From NCBI GenBank assembly GCA_963715195.1, contig CAVQRT010000002.1, positions 1 to 64,000 of the forward strand: 64,000 bases of DNA, in the 5' to 3' direction. This document shows positions 1 to 8,924 of the stretch, piece by piece. How positions within the stretch are numbered: position 1 is the stretch's first letter; each line of letters opens with the position of its first letter. The stretch comes from Thermodesulfovibrionales bacterium. GTDB taxonomy: Bacteria; Nitrospirota; Thermodesulfovibrionia; Thermodesulfovibrionales; SM23-35. A program made the translations under genes and the position numbers. The notes under the pieces are model-generated. The model saw only the letters and a list, made by a program, of their open reading frames with translations. It searched no databases and was not told the DNA's origin.

Positions 1-1
1 T

Positions 2-166
2 TTTTTTGCTGCCGCGAATTTTTCCGAGATACTTGATCTTTTGAAATTTATAGAACTGGGAAGGTATCTACAAAAGTTGCTGAAAAAGAAAGTCGAGTTC
101 GTGGATAAGCAGGAGATTAAACCACAGTTGAAAGAGATGATCATGAAAGAAGTTATCTACATATGA
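2..166 (+). CDS. C-terminal part of an MntA-type minimal nucleotidyltransferase antitoxin (partial at window edge, possibly degenerate)
   Basis: Manual translation gives ...DLLKFIELGRYLQKLLKKKVEFVDKQEIKPQLKEMIMKEVIYI*, resembling MNT C-termini. The stop overlaps the next ATG (ATGA). Confidence 0.6.
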   Translation, partial: FFAAANFSEILDLLKFIELGRYLQKLLKKKVEFVDKQEIKPQLKEMIMKEVIYI

Positions 167-400
167 CAAGGAAGTACAGACTTTTAGTTGAGGATATTCT
201 GGATGCTATCGTGTGGATAGGGAAATTTACAAAGGATATGCACTTTGAACAATTTCGTGCTGATGAAAAGACGAAAACCGCTTCTGTGAAAAAACTCGGG
301 ATACTCGGCGAGGCTGCAAAGAACATCCCGCAGGCGATAAGGGTCGGGCAAAAAAACTACCATAGGCAGATATGGCGAAAATGTGAGACAAGTCCTGAAA
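163..400 (+). pseudogene. HepT/DUF86 (HEPN) toxin pseudogene
   Basis: The N-terminus LLVEDILDAI...LGILGEAAKNIP is typical of DUF86. After a frameshift near 350 the other frame reads KLP*ADMAKM*DK (canonical PWxxMAxMRD with two nonsense codons). It ends before the RxxxxH active site. Confidence 0.75.
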
Positions 401-467
401 GTTACAGATCTAAGCATTTGGAGGTTGACACCAATGAGGGGAAAAGTGTTATTTTATAGGCAATTGT

Positions 468-542
468 GGGCGATTAGCTCAGCGGGAGAGCGCTTCCTTC
501 ACACGGAAGAGGTCGCTGGTTCGAGACCAGCATCGCCTACCA
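468..542 (+). tRNA. tRNA-Val (anticodon CAC)
   Basis: Acceptor stem GGGCGAT/ATCGCCT, anticodon arm CTTCC-TTCACAC-GGAAG, T-loop GGTTCGAGACC, encoded 3' CCA. Confidence 0.95.
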
Positions 543-663
543 TATAAATTGCCTATTGTTTCCCCTACTTCCTTTCCTGATTTCCTCCTTGACTTTCATG
601 GTTTTTGAACTAAAAAAGATGGAATCACAAATCCATTTATGGACCAAAATTGGAAACGACAAA

Positions 664-1493
664 ATGAATAAAAAGATCGCGTTCCGGTGGCTTCTGCTCA
701 TCATTCTTCTCCCGTTCCTGTTGCTGCTCAAAGCAGAAGCAAAAATTGCCGATCTGGTTTCTGAAGCCACCCTCTCCAACGGCATGAAAGTCATCCTCAT
801 TGAAAATCACAAGGCACCTCTTGTCACCTTTCAGGTATGGTATCGTGTCGGCTCCCGCAATGAGTCCTGTGGAAAAACAGGACTATCGCACATGATGGAA
901 CATATGATGTAAGAGGGAACATGAATAGTCGGACCTGAAGAATATTCCCGCATCTTACAGAAAAACGGCGGAGACGATAATGCCTTCACAACTCGGAACT
1001 ATACTACTTTTTTTGTTAATATCAGCGCAGACCGTATCCATATTCCTATAGACCTCAAGGCTGAAAACTCTCTTCTGTCAAAGGATCCCAATCTTTTCTA
1101 CATCTTTGCAACAGTTGCGCCACGGAAAGATGTGCGGGAAGTTGAACATGCATTATATGATGAATTATTGATCCTCCAAAAGATTTCATTGGAGCCCGTG
1201 AGCTTGCAAAAGTGAAAACCCAGATTGAGGCTGATTTTCTTTTTGCTCAGGATTCACTATTCAGCCATGCTATGATGCTCAGACAATTTGAAATAGTTGC
1301 CGGATGGCGAAAAATTGATGATTATCTCCCCTCAATACAAAAAGTAACGTCAGAAGATATCCGGTGCGTTGCAAAGCAATACCTTACGGAGGATAACAGG
1401 ACAGTCGGAATCCTCATCCCTATTTCAAAACAAGAGGTGAAGTCTGATCCCCCGGAATTACCGGAGAATCATTCTCGCAAAAAAGACTGGTAG
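664..1493 (+). pseudogene. M16 (pitrilysin-family) zinc peptidase pseudogene
   Basis: Signal peptide, LSNGMKV...WYRVGSRNE...GLSHMMEHMM (HxxEH), then a stop at 910-912. Broken remnants follow (NGGDDNAFT), then a jump to C-terminal M16 motifs (QKVTSEDIRCVAKQYL..NRTVG), implying an internal deletion. Confidence 0.8.
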
Positions 1494-1498
1494 AGCAT

Positions 1499-1717
1499 TT
1501 ATTTCTTAAACGCCCTCCATAACAGATATACGGCTGCAAAACCTGCAGCAAGTGGGAGGGTGATTCACGGCCTGCCACTCACATCTGCTTTGACCGGGCC
1601 GTGAAATCCTGACACATCTGACCAATTGACATGGCAATTGCTCCAACCCCACTGATCCAGCAAAAGTACCATGGCAACAATAAAACAGCAACCAAGAATG
1701 ATGAACCCTGTCCGCAT
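1499..1717 (-). CDS. Small two-TM membrane protein with in-frame TGA at 1565-1567 (selenoprotein candidate or pseudogene)
   Basis: GGAGG upstream of the ATG. Translation: MRTGFIILGCCFIVAMVLLLDQWGWSNCHVNWSDVSGFHGPVKADVSGRP(TGA)ITLPLAAGFAAVYLLWRAFKK*. Confidence 0.45.
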
Positions 1718-1816
1718 TAAATGTCCGCCTCCTCTGATTTATTTCCCTTGTATCAAACCCGCCCTCAAATATCGGCTATTAATCTGTTATGGTCTCATTT
1801 TAACACATCAATGTTA

Positions 1817-1845
1817 TTGACAATTAAGCGGTTTTTTGCTAATTT
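1817..1845 (+). promoter_or_regulatory. sigma70-like promoter for the PQQ-repeat gene
   Basis: TTGACA-N17-TAATTT. Confidence 0.5.
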
Positions 1846-1928
1846 TGAAGCGACTTGAAATACAAATATATATTCGTATTATAGAGATTATCCAATATGA
1901 GGATGCCTAAATCCGAAAAGGAGGGGAT

Positions 1929-3311
1929 ATGAAGAAATTCGTACCGGTTTTTAGCTTATTGGCTTTCTGTTGCATACTAGCATTATTTTTAGCATCATGT
2001 GGTGGAGGTGGTGACAGCTCTGCTTTTACAAAACCCGGCGGAGGGAATGACGGAGGTTCAGGGAATGGCAGTGCTGATGAGGGGACTTTAAAATGGAGCT
2101 TTAAGGCAGAGGGAGCTATAAATTCGTCGCCTGCGGTAAGTTGTGATGGAACTATTTATGTTGGCTCCGATGACGGTTTCCTGTATGCCGTTAATCCTGA
2201 CGGAACTTTGAAATGGAAATATGAAACAGGCGGCAGCATCGTGGCATCACCGTCAGTAAGCGAAGACTGCTCTGTTATTTATGTTGGTTCTGTTGACCGT
2301 CAGATATACGCCATAAATTCCGATGGAACATTGAGATGGGTGATTCCCACGAAATCGAATTTCTATTCTTCGCCGGCGATCGGCAGTGATGGAACAATTT
2401 ATATCGCCGGTAAACTTCAGGATCTCCTCGTTAAATGTTTTGGCGAACTCAGTGTTCAGGTTAGCTATTTATATGCTGTAAATCCAAATGGCTTTATTAT
2501 TTGGTCAGTTGAGTTGTCCGGCGATACGAACTCAACTCCTGCAATTGCATACAACGGGACAATCTATATAGGAACTGATGGTGACATTGGCTATGACAGG
2601 GTAAATCAATGTGATGAGGAGTCAGACTATTTACCAAGCAGTGTTTACCCAAACAGTTTTCCGGCGAATGGTCATCTTTATGCAATTCGACCGGAAGAGA
2701 CTAGAGGGACTATATTGTGGGATTTCAGGACATTAGGTGACGTCGATTCCTCTCCTGCTTTAGGACCTGACGGTACAATCTATGTCGGGTCTGACAGCTA
2801 TATATATGGTTACGGAGAAAAGAAAAGTGAAATCATAACTTATGGTCCAACAACTATTGGTTATTTCTACGCAATTAATCCAAACGGTGTATTAAAATGG
2901 CTTCAAGACTTGTATGGAGATGTCAATTCATCGCCTGCCATAGCCAGTGATGGAACTATTTATGTTGGCTCAGATAAAAATGATATCTTTGCATTAAATC
3001 CTGATGGGTCAATAAAGTGGGTGTATCCCACTAGAAACGATGTGAATTCTTCTCCTGCAATAGGAGAGGACGGTACGATATACATTGGCTCAGATGATGG
3101 TTTCCTCTATGCCTTAAATTCTAACGGGACTGAAAAATGGAGATACGAAGCCGGCAGTGCCATAGGATCCTCTCCAACAATAATCAGCAACGGGATTATA
3201 TATGTTGGATCATCGGACGGAAGCCTTCTTGCAATCGGTAGTAAAAGCACTCTCATGAACAGTCCGTGGCCTAAATTCCGGCATGATTTAAAGAACCATG
3301 CGAGACAGTGA
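1929..3311 (+). CDS. PQQ-like beta-propeller repeat lipoprotein
   Basis: Lipobox LASC followed by a Gly/Ser linker, repeated SSPAI..DGTIYVGS.DG.LYA.NPDG..KW units, C-terminal WPKFRHD. Strong RBS. Confidence 0.85.
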   Translation: MKKFVPVFSLLAFCCILALFLASCGGGGDSSAFTKPGGGNDGGSGNGSADEGTLKWSFKAEGAINSSPAVSCDGTIYVGSDDGFLYAVNPDGTLKWKYETGGSIVASPSVSEDCSVIYVGSVDRQIYAINSDGTLRWVIPTKSNFYSSPAIGSDGTIYIAGKLQDLLVKCFGELSVQVSYLYAVNPNGFIIWSVELSGDTNSTPAIAYNGTIYIGTDGDIGYDRVNQCDEESDYLPSSVYPNSFPANGHLYAIRPEETRGTILWDFRTLGDVDSSPALGPDGTIYVGSDSYIYGYGEKKSEIITYGPTTIGYFYAINPNGVLKWLQDLYGDVNSSPAIASDGTIYVGSDKNDIFALNPDGSIKWVYPTRNDVNSSPAIGEDGTIYIGSDDGFLYALNSNGTEKWRYEAGSAIGSSPTIISNGIIYVGSSDGSLLAIGSKSTLMNSPWPKFRHDLKNHARQ

Positions 3312-3402
3312 TAATTTGACACGATAAAAAGGGGGTGATTGGCAGAAACACTAAGAAGGTGCCTGTGTCGTATGACACGGATAAATCGTAAGGAGGTAAA
3401 TA

Positions 3403-4005
3403 ATGAAAAAAATATTTTTGTTTTTCCTAGTGGTATCATTGATAGTAATGTCCTCAGTAGCATATGGAGCAGAAAAAGCATTGCTCGGCAATGGCAATAT
3501 TGCACTGAAGTTAGATTATCTTAGTTTTACTGAAGATGTATTGGACGATATCGATACTGATGACGCTTTGTATATTGGGCTTGAGGCTTACAACAAAACA
3601 ATATCGAATTTATATGTGGGAATGGAAATCGGCTATGCGAGTTCTGATGGCAATGCAAGAATCGATGATGTTAAAGCAGATACAGAGCTAACCTTCGTAC
3701 CTATCGAGCTTAATCTCAAATATGCCTTGGATATTAATCCCCGGTTTGTTGTTGACTTCGGTGCAGGCGTCTCCTATAACTGGATGAAACTGGAATTTTC
3801 CAAATGGGGGGGCGTATCATCTCCAGGGGACGATTGGCTCTGGGGAGGGCAGTTCTTTGCGGCCCTAAATTATAAGATCGACCGGTTCTTCATAGGAATA
3901 AACGGTAAATATCAGCTCACAGAAAATTTTGAAATAGATGACTATGAGACTGATGTTAATGCCAATAACTGGAGAATCGGCGGACAGGCAGGAATAATGT
4001 TCTAA
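3403..4005 (+). CDS. Small outer-membrane beta-barrel protein
   Basis: Signal peptide, alternating aromatic/Gly strands, C-terminal Phe, AAGGAGG RBS. Confidence 0.8.
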   Translation: MKKIFLFFLVVSLIVMSSVAYGAEKALLGNGNIALKLDYLSFTEDVLDDIDTDDALYIGLEAYNKTISNLYVGMEIGYASSDGNARIDDVKADTELTFVPIELNLKYALDINPRFVVDFGAGVSYNWMKLEFSKWGGVSSPGDDWLWGGQFFAALNYKIDRFFIGINGKYQLTENFEIDDYETDVNANNWRIGGQAGIMF

Positions 4006-4030
4006 TTTTTTTACAGGAACTCACAAAATG

Positions 4031-4066
4031 AAGGAGAGGCGGGTTTTTTACCCGCCTCTCCTTTTT
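4031..4066 (+). terminator. Intrinsic terminator (possibly bidirectional)
   Basis: AAGGAGAGGCGGGT/ACCCGCCTCTCCTT hairpin followed by T tract. Confidence 0.85.
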
Positions 4067-4113
4067 CATGACGAAATAAAATTCGTTTGCAAAACCCGGT
4101 CTTACTGAGGACG

Positions 4114-4144
4114 AATAAAACAAACCCCAGAAGAGGGATTCGCT
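4114..4144 (-). terminator. Terminator-like hairpin after the 14-aa peptide gene
   Basis: Minus strand AGCGAATCCC-TCTTCT-GGGGTTTGTT (10-bp stem with G-U pairs) followed by TTATT. Confidence 0.5.
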
Positions 4145-4150
4145 ATTTCT

Positions 4151-4195
4151 TTATTTCTTTTTACCGCCTTTGCCGCAACCACATTTCTTGCACAT
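4151..4195 (-). CDS. 14-aa Cys/Lys-rich micropeptide MCKKCGCGKGGKKK
   Basis: Perfect AAGGAGG 8 nt upstream of the ATG, its own promoter and terminator-like hairpin, CxxCGC motif. Confidence 0.6.
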   Translation of the reverse strand: MCKKCGCGKGGKKK

Positions 4196-4229
4196 GGATA
4201 GAACCTCCTTTATTTAGGATTGTGATTGT

Positions 4230-4258
4230 ATTTTACGGCAAATCGGTTTTGATTACAA
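4230..4258 (-). promoter_or_regulatory. sigma70-like promoter for the micropeptide gene
   Basis: Minus strand TTGTAA-N17-TAAAAT. Confidence 0.55.
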
Positions 4259-4488
4259 TATGCACGTAAACCATCATATTTAATAATTTGAATTCTCCTT
4301 TTCTATTGACATAACTCTTTCATTTTTATTAGTATTAAAGGTTTTTATTTCCTGGCATGCTTTACGCCTGCGCAAGCAGTACCAATCAATCAGGAAATGA
4401 CAGATAAGGGCAAGTGCGTGCCCGGGCCGGACGGATAAGGTATAAACCCTTTAACGTTTTGAATTTATAGCAGAAAGGAGGGATTGAG

Positions 4489-4647
4489 ATGGCAGAGAAA
4501 GGAAAGTCGAAGACCGATGTTGGATCACGCGCAGATGCAAAAAGCAGAATACAGCGCTGCAGCATCTGCGGGAACAAGGTCGAAATTGTTTTATCTGTTT
4601 CCTCTTCTGGCAAGAAGAGAATGAAACGGATGTGCTGTGAAGGATAA
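4489..4647 (+). CDS. 52-aa basic Cys-containing small protein (CxxC...CC)
   Basis: AAGGAGG RBS. Translation MAEKGKSKTDVGSRADAKSRIQRCSICGNKVEIVLSVSSSGKKRMKRMCCEG*. Below the ORF-track cutoff. Confidence 0.7.
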   Translation: MAEKGKSKTDVGSRADAKSRIQRCSICGNKVEIVLSVSSSGKKRMKRMCCEG

Positions 4648-4652
4648 TCTGT

Positions 4653-4697
4653 CAGTCCTCCAGCGGTAAAGATTCATTTTCTTGCCGCTGGAGACTG
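4653..4697 (+). terminator. Stem-loop after the 52-aa ORF
   Basis: CAGTCCTCCAGCGGTAA...TTGCCGCTGGAGACTG inverted repeat. Confidence 0.55.
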
Positions 4698-4971
4698 TTC
4701 CCGCATTACACACCTTCATTGTTTATAATAACAATGTATCTGTAACTTCCCTGCTAGCCTCCACGATAAGTAGCATGCATGTATCAAATCACAAGAGTTT
4801 TTCAAACTCCCAATGATCTTCCGTAATAAGGATACCTTCCCCCCGACAGGCAAAAAGTATTATTATATTTCATAGGATGGAAAGTTTTACAAATTTGGCA
4901 TAGTTACTGTAGTGTATGACGTTTGACGCTGTTTACAAGCACATGTCCCAAAGTGAAAGGAGGTGATTTCA

Positions 4972-5328
4972 TTGAAGAAATTAATAGCTTTGACCCTCTC
5001 AATTCTTTTTGTCTTAACTGTGACAAGTCTTTCCCTGGCAGGAAGTGGCGCAAGAATGAGACAGGCCATGGAGGCAATGGGAGGAAAAGAGATCGCAGGT
5101 GAGGTGACCGCTGTTGATGCGAAAGAGAAAACAATTACCGTCAAAGGAATGAGGGGCCTTATCACCGCCACCTGTGATGAAAAGACGTTTGTGAAAATGG
5201 GCAACGTAATAAAAACCTGTGCAGAGATCAAGGTTGGCGACAAGGCAAATATGCTTTTTGAAGCTGGCGAGGGGAAGAATGTCGCAAAATCGATTTTCCT
5301 GCAGCATTCCGGCAGTCCCTTCTCCTGA
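4972..5328 (+). CDS. Small exported protein, probable OB-fold (CusF/DUF5666-like)
   Basis: AAGGAGG then TTG start, signal peptide ending SLA, GEVTAVD...TITV and IKVGDK motifs. Confidence 0.7.
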   Translation: MKKLIALTLSILFVLTVTSLSLAGSGARMRQAMEAMGGKEIAGEVTAVDAKEKTITVKGMRGLITATCDEKTFVKMGNVIKTCAEIKVGDKANMLFEAGEGKNVAKSIFLQHSGSPFS

Positions 5329-5396
5329 GGAGAAAGAAGCCGAACCGATGAAAACAGAACCGAAGCAGTAAGTTATTAGGAACAGGTTTTTCTGAA

Positions 5397-5425
5397 ACGG
5401 GTTCAAGCCTGAAACTTGAACCCGT
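5397..5425. terminator. Hairpin between convergent genes
   Basis: ACGGGTTCAAG/CTTGAACCCGT perfect 11-bp stem. Confidence 0.65.
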
Positions 5426-5442
5426 CTTATTTTCGAGAAACT

Positions 5443-6150
5443 TCAGTGTGATGGGCTGTGACTGTGTTCTTCAGCGTGTTCATGCTCTCCGCCCTGCCCA
5501 TGGCCTTCATCATGTCCGTGACCGTGCTCTTCATGCAGTTCTTCATAGCCTTTGAACATTGCGATAATATGCGCCATTGGAGTATGCCCGAGGGTTGCAA
5601 GATAGAAATGGACAATCATGAAAGCGCTGAAGAATATCCAGAGGAAGACATGGATCATATCTGCAATTTGTATCCCACCGATAAGGTTAACAGCAGGACC
5701 AAAGAGATTGGGGTCCCAGAGGAAAAGCCCGGTTATGATCTGAACGGGAATAAGGGCAGCCATGATCATAAGATATGAAACCTGCTGCATGGGATTGAAT
5801 TTATCGTCGGGCATCGGATGATGCGGATTCTCATCGCCCACCATAATACCGAATCCATAAAACTTTGCCTGCACGAGGGCCTTCTTTGCAAAGGCTACCG
5901 GGTGGTGGAGCGGTGGGATATAGATCTTTATCTTCAGGGTGAGGAGATAATAAAAAAGCCAGATGCAATAATTTGCAAGCAGGATAAAGCCCAGCCAGCT
6001 GTGGATCTTGACCGCCCATTCAAAAGACATCAGCTGAAAATAATCCGGATACCGCATCTGTGCCCCTGTTACGATCAAAATGACAAAACCGAGTGCGTTC
6101 ACCCAGTGCCATATTCTGATCGGTAATGGATGAAGATATATTCTCGTCAT
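5443..6150 (-). CDS. Di-heme cytochrome b (Ni/Fe-hydrogenase b-type cytochrome-like family) with His-rich tail
   Basis: RIWHWVNA, IHSWLG, KFNPMQ, IH...VHFY heme-ligand pattern; four TM segments. Confidence 0.85.
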   Translation of the reverse strand: MTRIYLHPLPIRIWHWVNALGFVILIVTGAQMRYPDYFQLMSFEWAVKIHSWLGFILLANYCIWLFYYLLTLKIKIYIPPLHHPVAFAKKALVQAKFYGFGIMVGDENPHHPMPDDKFNPMQQVSYLMIMAALIPVQIITGLFLWDPNLFGPAVNLIGGIQIADMIHVFLWIFFSAFMIVHFYLATLGHTPMAHIIAMFKGYEELHEEHGHGHDEGHGQGGEHEHAEEHSHSPSH

Positions 6151-7826
6151 TATTTCTTACCTCCCTTCCCCATTCTCCGCAATGACCTCAGTGGTGAAGT
6201 GATTATTCTGAATGTTATATGACCAATCGGCACCGCTATTCCGCCAATCAATGCAACAACAAAGAGAATATCAAAAAGCTTTATGCTTGTGCTGCCGAGC
6301 GCATAGAATTTCCGCGCCGGGATTATGGTATATACTGAATTCAACACGTCATTTTTTGCCTGGAGAAGCCTCGTCTTCCCTTCTGCATTCTTTGTGACAA
6401 TAAAGATGTTCTCGAAAAATTCCGCATCCGGATGATGACATTTTTCACAATCCCTCGTTGCCTCTGTCTTTGCACCGATCAAATGTGCATCTGCTGCGGT
6501 CGCCACATCCATTTTGCCCATGAAAAACGTCGTTGTATCTTTCTTATAGAGAATGGCAAACAAATCCCAGATTTCCTTTGCGTCGACACTGCCGTCTGCA
6601 TTGGCATCAATTTTCTGCATCAGACTTTCCGAATCGGTTTCCAATGTCTTCAGCAGTTCTTCTTCGGGGAGCGGTTTTCCGGTCTTCCGGTCATAAATAC
6701 TCAGGTAGACCGCCCGCGCAGCACTGGGAGAATGGCATGCAGCGCAGGACACAACATCGAAATGGGCTTCCGCAAAGGAAGGCAAAGTAACGGGTGGATT
6801 TTTTAGCCAGCTGTTATGAACTTTTGCTGTTTGCTGGTGGCACTTCAGACAGCCATCCTTGATCTTGGTCGTCATGGTAGATTCAACATTGTGGGCATTG
6901 TGACACGAAGCGCAGGTCGGGGCATTCTGAACCCCCTTCCTCCAGGCTTTGCCGTGCATGCTTGCTTCATATGAACTGTTCATGTTCGAATGGCATTTGT
7001 TGCATGAGGAGATTCCGATATCCCGGTGTTTCTTCGTACTGAGCACTGTGTGGTCGCGATGGCAGTCGGTGCATGTCGGCGCCTTGGCATTACCCTTTTT
7101 CAGCATATCCAGATGCACGCTGACTTCATAATCCTTATAGGCCTCTTCATGGCACTTCCAGCAATTCGCTGACTTCTCTATGGAATAAGCTCTCTTGCTG
7201 CTGTACACCTTCATAGGATGCTGTGTCATCGAAAACCCTGCATGGCATTCGGTACATTTGAGCTTCCCGTGAACAGAATCCCGAAGGGCGGACTCGTTGA
7301 CGAGAACAGAAAGCGTTTCCCCGTTTTTCATCTTCATACTAAGCTGCCTGCTATGGCACGTCATGCAATATTGATTCTCCGGCACACCGGTTTTCTGAAC
7401 CGCTGAAGTTTGGACAGCATGGTAGCCATGGCACTCGACACAGGTTCCCTTGGCAGCCAGAGAACTGTGAATCGGCAATCTTTTCCTCATCTGCTCATCG
7501 GTATGGCAGACAGCACATTGTCTTGATCTGCTAAGTGAGTATTCTTTTCTGCTTTTAATTCTCTTCATAACAGGGTGATTGTCCATGGATATATTAGTAT
7601 GGCAGCCCGTGCATCCTGTCTTGGCATGAACTGACCGTTTGAATGCATTGCCGTCGACATAAAGGGGCAGGATCTCTTTATTCATGAGTTTCTTGGCAAG
7701 GGTTTTGTCAGAATGGCATGCAAGGCACAACTGCGTTTCATTCTGGCTCTTCGCAGCATAACTGCATATGGGCACTATCATCAAAGCAATGAAAAGAAAA
7801 AATAGCAGTATCCTTTTTTTATCCAT
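6150..7826 (-). CDS. Membrane-anchored multiheme cytochrome c (13 CxxCH)
   Basis: Signal peptide, 13 CxxCH motifs counted, C-terminal TM helix, translationally coupled to the cytochrome b. Confidence 0.9.
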   Translation of the reverse strand: MDKKRILLFFLFIALMIVPICSYAAKSQNETQLCLACHSDKTLAKKLMNKEILPLYVDGNAFKRSVHAKTGCTGCHTNISMDNHPVMKRIKSRKEYSLSRSRQCAVCHTDEQMRKRLPIHSSLAAKGTCVECHGYHAVQTSAVQKTGVPENQYCMTCHSRQLSMKMKNGETLSVLVNESALRDSVHGKLKCTECHAGFSMTQHPMKVYSSKRAYSIEKSANCWKCHEEAYKDYEVSVHLDMLKKGNAKAPTCTDCHRDHTVLSTKKHRDIGISSCNKCHSNMNSSYEASMHGKAWRKGVQNAPTCASCHNAHNVESTMTTKIKDGCLKCHQQTAKVHNSWLKNPPVTLPSFAEAHFDVVSCAACHSPSAARAVYLSIYDRKTGKPLPEEELLKTLETDSESLMQKIDANADGSVDAKEIWDLFAILYKKDTTTFFMGKMDVATAADAHLIGAKTEATRDCEKCHHPDAEFFENIFIVTKNAEGKTRLLQAKNDVLNSVYTIIPARKFYALGSTSIKLFDILFVVALIGGIAVPIGHITFRIITSPLRSLRRMGKGGKK

Positions 7827-8033
7827 AAAACCCCCCGTAGCTATAGGTGTAATTTATGACCGTAAATATATAGCATATCTGAGATGAGAATGCAAGCACG
7901 ATTTGATTTGATATTAAGGCAAAATGAAAGTGTCCGGTTTTCGGCGAGTACATTTTGAGACAAGTGTTTTGCTGCCCGTATAATTCTTCATCCCTGAACT
8001 GATAAAATGGTAAGGACATGAAGGTGACAGCGC

Positions 8034-8708
8034 ATGATTCCATATAAAGATGATAATCCCACCAGCACGTTCCCATACCTTACGATCGGAATCATCATCC
8101 TCAATATAGCCGTCTTTCTTGTTCAGGTTACCTCCCGCTCAAAGATGCAGATGATAACGTACGATTACGGTGCAATACCACATAATCTCCTTACATTCGA
8201 ATCTCATCAGCCGGTACATCCGACCATGACAGTCTTCTCATCCATGTTCATGCACGGTGGATTGTTTCACCTCGGGGGCAATATGCTGTACCTGTGGATA
8301 TTCGGTAACAACATCGAAGACCGGCTCGGCCATGTGCGCTTCATCATTTTTTATCTTTTCTGTGGCATTTTTGCAGCGTATTCACATGCCATTACAAACC
8401 CCGATTCGACAATCCCGATGATAGGAGCTAGCGGCGCGGTTTCCGGCATCCTTGGTGCATATATGCTGCTCTTCCCGCGTGCCAATGTTCACACACTGCT
8501 TATTTTGGGTATCTTTATTACCACTGTTAAGATTCCCGCCTTAATCGTAATCGGGTTTTGGGTTCTTATCCAATTGCTGAACGGGATAATCAGTTCAGGA
8601 CTGCAGAACGCCGGCGGGGTGGCATGGTTTGCGCACCTGGGTGGATTTCTGATAGGACTGCTCACAATAAAAGCCTGGTTGCCGGGGAGAATCAGGCAAT
8701 GGTCGTAA
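8034..8708 (+). CDS. Rhomboid family intramembrane serine protease
   Basis: SMFMHGG..HLGGNMLYLW, GASG, AHLGG motifs. Confidence 0.92.
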   Translation: MIPYKDDNPTSTFPYLTIGIIILNIAVFLVQVTSRSKMQMITYDYGAIPHNLLTFESHQPVHPTMTVFSSMFMHGGLFHLGGNMLYLWIFGNNIEDRLGHVRFIIFYLFCGIFAAYSHAITNPDSTIPMIGASGAVSGILGAYMLLFPRANVHTLLILGIFITTVKIPALIVIGFWVLIQLLNGIISSGLQNAGGVAWFAHLGGFLIGLLTIKAWLPGRIRQWS

Positions 8709-8859
8709 CATGTTCGAAGTGCCCACAGAAAAAAATAATTGAAAATTGGTGATATTTTTAGATAAATCTTAATATTGAAAGATAATTTAATATAAAGAGA
8801 TTTATTTGGATTATTCTCGCCAAAAAAAAACTTGCATTCAAGACCTGATTCCTTTTATA

Positions 8860-8886
8860 TTAGCACTCACTTACTTAGAGTGCTAA
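8860..8886 (+). promoter_or_regulatory. CIRCE element (HrcA operator)
   Basis: Perfect TTAGCACTC-N9-GAGTGCTAA directly upstream of groES, overlapping a TTGCAT...TATATT promoter. Confidence 0.95.
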
Positions 8887-8924
8887 AAACCCAAATCTAT
8901 TTTTCATGAAAGGAGAGACGTTGT

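Noticed and set aside
1929..3311. PQQ-dependent dehydrogenase or BamB assignment
   Set aside because: Only generic propeller repeats are evident; there are no dehydrogenase-specific motifs or bam gene context.
4895..4912. TTGGCATAGTTACTGTA as a sigma54 promoter for the exported OB-fold gene
   Set aside because: The -12 position is GT rather than the near-invariant GC.
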